DNA of 64,000 nt from Terriglobia bacterium (GTDB lineage Bacteria > Acidobacteriota > Terriglobia > 20CM-2-55-15), in contig CBDAOY010000006.1 of the NCBI GenBank assembly GCA_965198225.1, positions 800,001 through 864,000 on the forward strand, given 5' to 3'. The notes under the pieces were generated by a model. That model had not been told where the DNA came from and searched no databases. It saw nothing but the letters and a program-made list of their open reading frames with translations. Position 1 is the first letter of the stretch. Each line of letters begins with the position of its first letter. Below are positions 11,001 to 23,000 of this stretch, one piece after another. Both the position numbers and the translations under genes were made by a program.

Positions 11001-14000
11001 CCGACAACAGGACAGAGGTGCTCGAGGGTGGCGCCACGTTCGGTTTCGATGATGTCTATTCGGTTGCCTTGACCGCGGCGCCCGCGGTGGGCGAGATCGT
11101 CACAGTGGCACTGAACACCGACGGACAGGTCACGGCGCTCTCGTCGGTGACAGGGAATTCCTTCCTGGTGTTCGACCATACCAACTGGAATACGCCGCAG
11201 TTGGTTGTCGTCACGGCGGTAGAAGATGGTCTGGACGGAATAGAGATCTCCACCGTCGCCCATCAAATCACCGGAGGGGCGGTCTACGGCGGCACCCCGA
11301 GTGAAACACTCAAAGTCACCGTCTACGATGACGAAACGCCGGGTGTCATCGTGCAGGAAACCGATGGGTCCACGATCGTGGTCGACGGCGGGGCGAATGA
11401 CAGCTACAGGGTCCGGCTCACCAGGATGCCCGACGACGTGGTCACCCTGACGCTGCGCACGGACACGCAAACGCTGCTCAGCACCATCGGCGGTTTTGCC
11501 ACTACGGATGAGACGGGCGCGCTCGGCTTCTTCGAGTACACCTATCAATTCACCGCCGCCAACTGGTATCAGTGGGTCGACATCGAGGTCACCGCCAATT
11601 CCGCGTTCACCGGTACGGGGGAGAAAACCAAGGCGTTCCCGCCGCAGGATCAGAACCTCGACCAGATCGGCGGTCCGCTGACCATCGAAGGCGGTGTCGG
11701 CACCGGCGGCTTGCGAGCCCTCGTGGAACCGGTCCTGTTACCGAATGAAACCAACGCGGTCAGCCAGCAGAATCCCTCGTCGACGTCCGAGTCCGGCGAT
11801 ATCGATACCCTCAACGTGTTCCATACGGACAACAGCGACGGGGACACCGGCAACCTGTTCTACCGCACCGTCGATGCCGGCGGCCGTACGATCGCCAACC
11901 CCGGGCTTGCCCTGACGGGTTTCGAGATGGGCGATGACCTGACCGTTGATCAAGGCACACCGGGCAACCCGCAGAACCTCTACTACGGTGGCGGCATCAC
12001 CCTGAACGGTTTCGAGGTCGTGGAAATCCTGCTTGGCAAGGGCGACGAAACCCTCACCGTTGCCGATACCGGCGACCGCGACGAGAAAGATCCGGCTGTC
12101 ACCGACGATCCGGCGACCATCACAGCCATCCACGGCGGCGGCGGTAGCGACATCATCACCATTACCGGCCGCGGCAATGGCCCGCTGGTGGTGTACGGCG
12201 ACACCTCGGAAGATCGCATCCGCTACGGCAATGACGCACCGGAAGCCTCCGTTCACGGAACGAGCTTTGCGAACGACGGCGACGACACCATCGATGCCCG
12301 TTTAATGGCGGAGCAGAACGACGGGTTCGTCGGCCTGGTGGCCTACGGCGGGTTCGGGAACGACACGATCTGGGGCAGCCAGGACGACGATCACCTGGCC
12401 GGCGGCACGTCGAGCGCCGCGGGCCATGACTTCATCGACGGTCAGGCAGGCGACGACCACATTTACGGCGACTCGCACTTCAACGTAGGCCTCCAGCTCT
12501 TCGCCGAGGACCAGGTCCAGGCATTCGACAACGCCGATCCGCGGGTTGCGGACATGTTCAGGGTGCTCGTTGCGACCTCCGGCGATGACAATGATTTTGG
12601 ATCACCTGACTTCCGCGAATCGGCGGGTGCGGACGAGCTGTGGGGCGGCGACGGCGCGGACATCATCTTCGGCGACCACGGCGTCATCTCCCTGGCACAG
12701 GGCACGCGCCGCCTGACCACGACGGCTTCGGTGGAGCGCATCGAGACCGCGCAGCCGACGTTCGGCGGCGACGACACACTCTACGGCCATTCGAACGACC
12801 CGGCAGGCCCGGTAGACGATGCGGCGGGTGACCGGATCTTCGGTGGGCAGGCTGCTGATTACATCGACGCCGGACAAGGCAACAACGTCGTACTGGGCGA
12901 TCACGGGTTCGTCGATCTCGGTGAAGCCGATTCCCACATCGACCGGATCGAAAGCACGCAGACCACGTTCGCCGGCGGCGTCGACACCATTCTGACAGGC
13001 TCGGGCAACGACATCGTGATCGGTGGCCGTTTTGGAGACACCATCACGGTCGCAGACGGGACCAACGTCGTTCTCGGCGATGCAGGCTTCCTGCAGTACC
13101 AGAATGGTGGGCCGCTACTGGGCGAGGTGTCGAGCATTTATCTGGACGGCGCCGGAGCGTTCATCCAGGGCGGCGACGACACGATCAGCGTGGGCGTCGG
13201 GGCCAACACGGGTGACGACATCGTCATCGCCGGCCTGGGTGACGACAACGTCACGATCGGGAACGGGAACAACGTCGTCTTCGGAGACGATGGATCGGTC
13301 ACGTTCCAGACGGGCAGCACCCTGAGGGACCGGATCGAGAGCCGGTACCTCGATGGCGCCGGTCTCTCGGCGCTGGATGGGGCTGGAGCCGTGGTCGGGA
13401 ACGACACGATCATCACCGGCGTGGGCAATGATGTGGTCATCGGCGGCCTGGGTGTTGACGGGATCACGGTCGCGGACGGGAACAACATCGTCGCCGGCGA
13501 TGAAGGCTTCGTGCAGTACCAGGACCAGGGCCAGACCGGCGGGACCTCGGTGCTGGGCGAGGTGTCGAGTTCCTACCTGGATGGTGCCGGAACGTTTGTC
13601 CAGGGTGGGATCGACACGATCACGGTGGGAGCGAGCGCGGGGAGCACCGGAGCGGGCAGCGACACGGTGATCGCCGGTCTGGGCGATGACGACGTCACGA
13701 TCGGCGACGGCGACAACGTTGTGTTCGGCGACGAAGGTGGGATCACGTACCAGACGGGCAGCGGCCTGCGGGACTTGATCACGAGCCGGTACCTGGATGC
13801 GGCCGGGTTTGCAGCGCTGGATGCCGTTGAGGCCGTAGTCGGGAACGACACGATCAGCACGGGCATCGGCAATGACGTGATCATCGGCGGCCTGGGCGAT
13901 GACGGGATCACGGTCGCGGACGGAAACAACATCGTGGCTGGCGATGAAGGCTTCGTCCAGTACCAGGATCAGGGCCAGACCGGTGGGGCCTCGGTGCTGG

Positions 14001-17000
14001 GCGAGGTGTCGAGCCAATACCTGGATGCCGCGGGAACATTTGTCCAGGGTGGGATCGACACGATTACGGTCGGTGCGAGCGCAGGGAGCACCGGAGCGGG
14101 CAGCGACACGGTGATCGCCGGCCTGGGCGATGACAATGTCACGATCGGCGACGGCGACAACATCGTGTTCGGCGACGACGGCGGGATCACGTACCAGACG
14201 GGCAGCGGCCTGCGGGACTTGATCACGAGCCGGTATCTGGATGCAGCCGGGTTTGCGGCGCTGGATGCTCTTGAGGCTGCGGTCGGGAACGACACGATCA
14301 ACACTGGCGTGGGCAATGACGTGATCATCGCGGGCCTGGGCGTTGACGGGATCACGGTCGCGGACGGGAACAACATCGTGGTCGGCGATGAAGGCTTCAT
14401 CCAGTACCAGGATCAGGGTCAGACCGGCGGAACCTCGGTGTTGGGCGAGGTGTCCAGCTCCTACCTGGATCTTGCCGGGACGTTCGTCCAGGGCGGGATC
14501 GACACGATCACGGTCGGTGCGAGCGTGGGGAGCACCGGAGCGGGTAGCGACACGGTGATCGCCGGCCTGGGCGACGACAACGTCACGATCGGCGACGGCG
14601 ACAACGTCGTGTTCGGCGACGAAGGCGGGATCACGTACCAGACGGGCAGCGGCCTGCGGGACTTGATCACGAGCCGGTATCTGGATGCGGCCGGGTTTGC
14701 GGCGCTGGATGCCGTTGAGGCCGTGGTCGGGAACGACACGATCAGCACGGGCATCGGCAATGACGTGATCATCGGCGGCCTGGGCGTCGATGGGATCACG
14801 GTCGCGGACGGGAACAACATCGTGGTCGGCGATGAAGGCTTCATCCAGTACCAGGATCAGGGTGACACCGGCGGAACCTCGGTGCTGGGTGAGGTGTCGA
14901 GTTCCTACCTGGATGGTGCCGGAACGTTTGTCCAGGGTGGGATCGACACGATCACGGTGGGAGCGAGCGCAGGGAGCACCGGAGCGGGCAGCGACACGGT
15001 GATCGCCGGTCTAGGCGATGACGACGTCACGATCGGCGACGGCGACAACATCGTATTCGGCGACGAAGGCGGGGTCACGTACCAGACGGGCAGCGGCCTG
15101 CGGGACTTGATCACGAGCCGGTATCTGGATGCAGCCGGGTTTGCGGCGCTGGATGCTCTTGAGGCTGCGGTCGGGAACGATACGATCAGCACTGGCGTGG
15201 GCAATGACGTGATCATCGGCGGCCTGGGCGTCGACGGGATCACGGTCGCGGACGGGAACAACATCGTGGTCGGCGATGAAGGCTTCATCCAGTACCAGGA
15301 TCAGGGCCAGACCGGCGGAGCCTCGGTGCTGGGCGAGGTCTCGAGCCTGTTCCTGGATGCCGCGGGAACATTTGTCCAGGGTGGGATCGACACGATTACG
15401 GTGGGAGCGAGCGCAGGGAGCACCGGAGCGGGCAGCGATACGGTGATCGCGGGCCTGGGCGACGACAATGTCACGATCGGCGACGGCGACAACATCGTGT
15501 TGGGCGACGACGGAACGATTACCTATCAAACGAGCAGCGGCCTGCGGGACCGGATCGAGAGCCGGTATCTGGACCTGGCCGGGTTCGCGGCCCTGGATGC
15601 ACCGGAAGCCGTGGTCGGCAACGACACGATCACGACCGGCGTGGGAGATGACCTGATCATCGCCGGCCTGGGTGACGACGGGATCACGGTAGAGGACGGA
15701 AACAACATCGTTCTAGGCGATGAAGGGTTCGTGCAGTACCAAGATCAGGGCCAGACCGGGGGAGCCTCGGTGCTGGGCGAGGTGTCGAGCCTGTTCCTGG
15801 ATGGCGCCGGTACCTTTGTCCAGGGCGGCATCGATACGATCAGCGTGGGCGTCGGGGCCAACACCGGCGACGACGTCGTCATCGCCGGCCTGGGCGACGA
15901 CAATGTCACGATCGGCGACGGCGACAATGTCGTCTTTGGCGACGAAGGCAGGATCACGTACCAGACGGGTAGTGGGCTCCGGAGTCGGATCGAGAGCCAG
16001 TATCTCGACGCTGCCGGGCTGTCACCGCTGGACGCACCGGAAGCCGCTGTCGGCGACGACACGATCATCACCGGCGTGGGCAATGACGTGATCATCGGCG
16101 GACTGGGCGTCGACGGGATCACGGTCGCGGACGGGAACAACATCGTGGTTGGCGATGAGGGCTTCGTTCAGTACCAGGATCAGGGCCAGACGGGTGGAAC
16201 CTCCGTGCTGGGCGAGGTGTCGAGTTCCTACCTGGACGGTGCCGGTACATTTGTCCAGGGTGGGATCGACACGATTACCGTTGGAGCAAGTGTTGGGAGT
16301 ATAGGGGCGGGTAGCGACACCGTGATCGCCGGCTTGGGCGACGACAACGTCACGATCGGCGACGGCGACAACGTCGTGTTCGGCGACGAAGGCGGGATCA
16401 CGTACCAGACGGGCAGCGGCCTGCGGGACTTGATCACGAGCCGGTATCTGGATGCGGCCGGGTTTGCAGCGCTGGATGCCGTTGAGGCCGTGGTCGGGAA
16501 CGATACGATCAGCACGGGCATCGGCAACGACGTGATCATCGCGGGCCTGGGCGTCGACGGGATCACGGTCGCGGACGGAAACAACATCGTGGTCGGCGAT
16601 GAAGGCTTCATCCAGTACCAGGATCAGAGTCAGACCGGCGGAACCTCGGTGCTGGGCGAGGTGTCGAGCCTGTTCCTGGATGCCGCCGGAACGTTCGTTC
16701 AGGGCGGGATCGACACGATTACGGTCGGTGCGAGCGCGGGGAGCGCCGGAGCGGGTAGCGACACCGTGATCGCCGGCCTGGGCGATGACGACGTCACGAT
16801 CGGCGACGGCGACAACGTTGTGTTCGGCGACGAAGGTGGGATCACGTACCAGACGGGCAGCGGCCTGCGGGACTTGATCACGAGCCGGTATCTGGATGCG
16901 GCCGGGTTTGCGGCGCTGGATGCTCTTGAGGCCGCGGTCGGGAACGACACGATCAGAACTGGCGTGGGCAATGACGTGATCATCGCGGGCCTGGGCGTCG

Positions 17001-20000
17001 ACGGGATCACGGTCGCGGACGGGAACAACATCGTGGTCGGCGATGAGGGCTTCATCCAGTACCAGGATCAGGGCCAGACCGGCGGAGCCTCGGTGCTGGG
17101 CGAGGTGTCGAGCCTGTTCCTGGATGCCGCGGGAACATTTGTCCAGGGCGGGATCGACACGATTACGGTCGGTGCGAGCGCGGGGAGCACCGGAGCGGGC
17201 AGCGACACCGTGATCGCCGGGCTGGGTGACGACGACGTCACGATCGGCGACGGCGACAACATCGTATTCGGCGACGAAGGCGGGATCACGTACCAGACGG
17301 GCAGCGGCCTGCGGGACCTGATCACGAGCCGGTATCTGGATGCGGCCGGGTTTGCGGCCCTGGATGCACCGGAAGCCGTGGTCGGCAACGACACGATCAC
17401 GACCGGCGTGGGTGATGACCTGATCATCGCCGGCCTGGGTGACGACGGGATCACGGTTGCGGACGGAAACAACATCGTTCTAGGCGATGAAGGGTTCGTC
17501 CAGTACCAGGATCAGGGCCAGACCGGCGGAGCTTCAGTGCTCGGCGAGGTGTCGAGCCTGTTCCTGGATGGCGCCGGTACCTTTGTTCAGGGTGGCATCG
17601 ACACGATCAGCGTGGGCGTCGGCGCCAACACCGGTGACGACGTCGTCATCGCCGGCCTGGGTGACGACGTCATCACCATCGGCAACGGGAACAACATCGC
17701 CCTGGGCGATGAAGGCAGGATTCTCTACCAGACCGGTAGCGGCCTGCGGGGTTGGATCGAGAGCAAGTATCTGGACAACGTGGCCGGGATCCCCGCTCGG
17801 TCGCCACACGACGCCCCAGAAGCCGAGGTCGGTGACGACATGATCACCACGGGCGTGGGCGATGACGTGGTCATCGGTGGTCTGGGCGACGACATGATCA
17901 ACGTGTCGGATGGTGAGAACATCGTCCTCGGCGACGAGGGCGAGGTCCACTACCAGGATCAGTCGACAAACCTCGGCGAAATCACCACGCGGTTTACCGA
18001 CGGCACCGGCAGTTTCGTCCAGGGCGGCGACGACACGATCACCTCGGGCGACGGGCGCGACTATATTCTGTCCGGCTCCGGTAGCGATATGGTGACCTCC
18101 GGAGAGGGCGATGATGTGGTCCTCGGTGACGGCCTGATCCTGTTCCATCCGGGAACGAATGTTCCCGCGACTGTTGCTACTCTGTGGCAGGACGACAACC
18201 TCGTCCTTCTGCCTCCCAGCGACTCCGACATCTTCGCCGGAGGCGGCGATGACATCGTGCTCGCCGGCTCCGGCAACGACTGGGTCGAAGGCGGTACCGA
18301 AGACGACATCCTGATCGGCGACGAAGGAGTAGTCACGTTCGATCCAGGCCGTGCTCTTGCGGGCGAAGCCGTCGCCGACTTCATCCAGACGGTGTTCTTC
18401 ACCCCCGACGGCCAGTTGATACCGGGCGGCACGGACGTCCTCCTCGGCCAGGACGGCGACGACACTGTCATCGGCGGCTCCTTCGACGATCTGCTGGACG
18501 GCGGCCCCGACCGCGACCTGGTGGTCGGCGACAACGTCACCCTCGATCGCACCGGGACGCGTCTGGGCATCAACACGAATCCGCGGTTCCGGACTCTGAC
18601 CGGCGCAGAGATCTACGATCCCCAGTTTGATGGCTTGGCAGACCTGCTGATCGACCGTGCGAACGAATACGGGGATCCGAACTGGGGAGGCGTCGCGCCG
18701 CTCTGGGGTGACTTCGTGATCACCGTCCACGACAGCAGGAGCACCTGGGACGGCGGTACCGTCCTCGTGCAGGACGGTGTCAACCGGACCTACGGGAACG
18801 AGTTCGTCGCCGGCGGTCCGCACGATGACACTATCTTCGGGCTGCGCGGTGAAGACACGATCCAGGGCGACGGCTCACTCTTCTTCGACACCCGCGAGTC
18901 GGTGACAATCGATCCGGCGAGCCTCAACCACGATCCGCTGGCGCTGCAGGCCCTGCTCGAGGGCGGCACGCCGCTCGACACGCCACAGTCGTTCGAGGCG
19001 CTCGACGACGGTGACGACTACATCGAAGGCGGCCAGGACGACGATCTGATCTTCGGCAACCTGGGTCAGGATGACATCGTCGGCGGCAGCTCCGACCTGT
19101 TCGGCCTCGACACCCAGGACCAGCGGCCGGACAGCTCCGATCTCATTTTCGGTGGCGCGGCGACGAACATTGCGAGGAATGACCTGGGTGACGCCATCCT
19201 GGTCGGCGGGCAGGTTGTGAACGACGTCAACGCCCACTCGAGAGACGCGGACACGATTCTCGGCGACAACGGCAACATCTATCGCCTCCTCGAAGGGACC
19301 GGCACCGCCTTCCTGACCTTCAGCTACGACCAGACCCCGGACGAGGACGGCAGCGACCGTGGCGATCTGAGGGTCGTCGTTCGAGGGACGGAATGGATAA
19401 CGGACAGCGTCGACGGACGCCAAGATTACACCCCGGGCGGTGCCGAATTCGACGCGGCCAATGCGCAGCACAACATCGGCGCGGCGGACGAGATCCACGG
19501 CGAAGCCGGCGACGACGCCATCCATGGCATGGTCGGCGACGATGTGCTGTTCGGCGAGGGCCAGGACGATGATCTGATCGGCGGCTACGGCCACGACTGG
19601 ATTTCCGGCGGCACGGGTCAGGATGGCGTACTGGGTGACGATGGTCGGATCTACACCAACCGCAATGACGGCCTGAGTGAAGACCTCTATGGCATTGACG
19701 GATTGGGTGATCTCGACCTGAACCTGATCATATTTACCCCAGATGGCACTCACGAAGCAGAGATCCATCGTGAGGGCGAGCTCAGGAAGACGGCGATACT
19801 GCGGCCGTTCAACGTGCAGGACAAGAGCACGTTCAACCAGGATCGATGGTATGACGCGATCAACGCCAACGACATCATCTATGGTGGATGGGGTGATGAC
19901 TTCCTGCACGGTGGCTCCGGCAACGATGGGATCAGTGGCGCGGAGGCCTTGCCGCAGTTCTATCACGCGCCGACCAATTCAGGAGACGCGCTGCAATACG

Positions 20001-23000
20001 GTGCAGGGGAATTCGCGGCTTTCGATGAATCGGATGCGCTGAGCAAAATCCAGGGCTTCTTCTTGAACTTCGATGCCAGCGAAACCTTGGACGGAGACGA
20101 TAGGATATTTGGCGATCTGGGACATGACTGGTTGGTCGGTGGTGCCGGAGAGGACAATCTGTACGGTGGTTACGGGCATGATCTGCTCAATGTGGATGAT
20201 GACCTGGCGACGAACGGTGGTGCAAACGATGTCGCCGATTCAGACCTGAATGTCGACCGCGCTTACGGTGGCGCGAGCGCAGACGTCCTGATCGGCAACA
20301 GCGACAGCGATCGCCTGATAGACTGGGTGTCCACAGGATTCGACCGCTACTTCACACCGGACTCCCTGATTCCCGAGACCATCACCGACGAGGGATACTG
20401 GCGCCTTTACTTCTTCTTGTATGATCTGTCCGAATCAGATGGCGCCGACCCGGCCCGGCATGAAATCGCCGGTGCTATTGCGAAGCACAATGGTGAGCCT
20501 GAAGGTGAAACGGGGCTTGTTCGGTATCCGACGGTGTCCAGCACTGCGACCATGGAAAATCCCGCCTTGCCCGGAGACACGGTACACATTGATGGCTTCT
20601 TCGCGGATGTCGCTCTGTCAGACATCGCAGCGCCATTGATCGGAACGGTGGACTGGGGTGACGGCAATATCGAGAATGTGGTGCTCGTGGGCAGGGCGTT
20701 CTACGCTGCGCACCAGTACGATGCCGGCGGTATCTACGAGGTGGTGGTGACCATCGTCAACGATGATACGGGAGCGCCGACGGCCCATACCACCGCTGTG
20801 GTAACCGGGGCAAGCGTTCACGATGGCGTCCTCCATGTGGTGGGCACGAATCGCGACGACCAGATTCAGCTGTCGGCGGATGGTCCTCAGCAGATCAAGC
20901 TCCAGGCAGACTTCCTGTCGGAAGACAAAATCTTCTCTACCGCAGGTGTGAGCCGGATTGTCGTCGCTTCTCTCGCGGGCAACGACAGCATCCAGGTTTC
21001 GAACGACGAGGACATCTCCTCCTGGGTCGATGGCGGCGACGGTCATGACCAGATTCAGGTCGATCAAGGAGACAATGTCATCTTCGGCGGGAAGGGTCAG
21101 GACCAGCTACAGGCCGCAAATGGTGACGATATCCTGGTGGGCGGTCTGGGCTCCGACGATGTAGATGGCAACGATGGCAACGACATCTTGATCGGTGGCG
21201 CCACAATGTTCGGCGTCAACGGGCCCGATTTCATGAACCTGGATAGCCAGGAACAAGTGGTACCGGTCAGCGGAACAACCCTGTTCGGGCTCGACCGAGA
21301 GATCTGGGAAACCATTCAAGCTGAATGGCTGCAAGGTATTGTGACCCTGTTGAACGAACACAGGGTGATCGATGATTCGGTCCATGATTCTTTAGACGGA
21401 CAAAGTGGAAGCGACTTGATTTTCGCCAATAGCGAAGACAGTCATGATGCCGGGGCAGGAGATGAATTAATAACTGCAAGTGAATGGACTGTCGAGAGTG
21501 GCCACTACAGCGCTACCCCGATATTGGGTGTGCACACAGTCCATGTACTGCCGCAAGACGTAGTGCCGCGGGACAGCTTGTCGATCAACGCGGCAATCAA
21601 CACAACGCATACCGGTGGCATCATCTTCGATGTGCACAGCGAAGACGATTTCAAATTCGCGGTGTTGTCCGTCGCAAACGACGAGGTGTGGGTCGGTCAT
21701 TATTCCGTGCATCAAGGGTGGCGCGTAGGGGCAATTGCCTCGTTCGAGGGTGACATCGACCGTTTCTATCAACTGTCGGTCAAAACGGAAAATGAAACGT
21801 TGCCGTTCAAAACGGAAAATGCAACGGTCCGTGTGTTTGTCGATGGTCAGGAGACGGTAAGCTATACATTCAGCGGGCAGGTCATCGACGGAGATTTTGG
21901 GCTGATCAGCCGTCAAGGAACGAGTGTTTTTGAGCTTTTGACATTCTTGAGCGATGCCACAGACCATATCCGAATCGTCACCAGTGCAACCATGGAAGAC
22001 AAAGTGTTGCCTGGCGAGACTGTCCATGTCGACGGCGTGTTCCTGGTCGATGGCCTGGTCGGCGGGTTCATCGATTGGGGCGATGGAGTCATCGAAGAGT
22101 TGCTCATTTCCGGCACGACGTTCCACGCGGAACATGCCTACAGCCATGGGGCTGTCTTCGATGTGCAGGCCACGCTCATCAACGAGGATGGGGAAACAAT
22201 AACGGCGAGTGCGGTCGCTGTGGTGACGGGTTCGGGCGTCAACAGAGGAGTTCTCCACGTCGTAGGTACGAACCAAGCCGACTCCATTCAGATCTCATCT
22301 GACGGACCTAACAGAGTCAAGCTACAGGCAGATTTCATATCGGGTGATCGTATTTACTCCATCGAAGGGATAGGTCAGATTTCCATCGTTACGACGGATG
22401 GGAATGATCAGGTGCAAGTGAATATTGACCAGGCCATTCCCTTCATGGTTGATGCAGGCGATGGTGACGACCAGATCAATGTCGACCAGGGAGACGGTCT
22501 TGTTTTCGGCGGCGCGGGTGACGATCAAATCACAACGAAGGATGGTCGGGATCTGTTGATAGGCGGCCTTGGCAGCGATAATCTGACCAGCGGCAAGGGC
22601 GAAGATATCGTGATCGGCGGGACGACCATGTATGGCACGGACAGGGCTATCTGGGAAGCGATCAGAGCGGAGTGGGTGAGAGACGATCTGAATTACTCCG
22701 AACGCGTCGAGCATATTCGCAACGGCGGTGGTCTGAACGGCGCGTATGTGCTCAACGAACTGAGGGTGATCAATGATTCCTCTGACGATTCCATGGATGC
22801 CAAGGAAGAAAAGGATCTGTTCTTCAACAACAACGGCGATTCTGATGACAGAAACAGCAATGAAACACGGATCCGTGACAGTGAGTGGAAGATCGATGGC
22901 AACCGTTACGAGGGGACACCGATACTCGGTGATCAGACTGCAAACGTCCTGCGCGAGATCGTGCCGGCGCAAACCTGGCAGAGGATAAGTGCGACCATCA

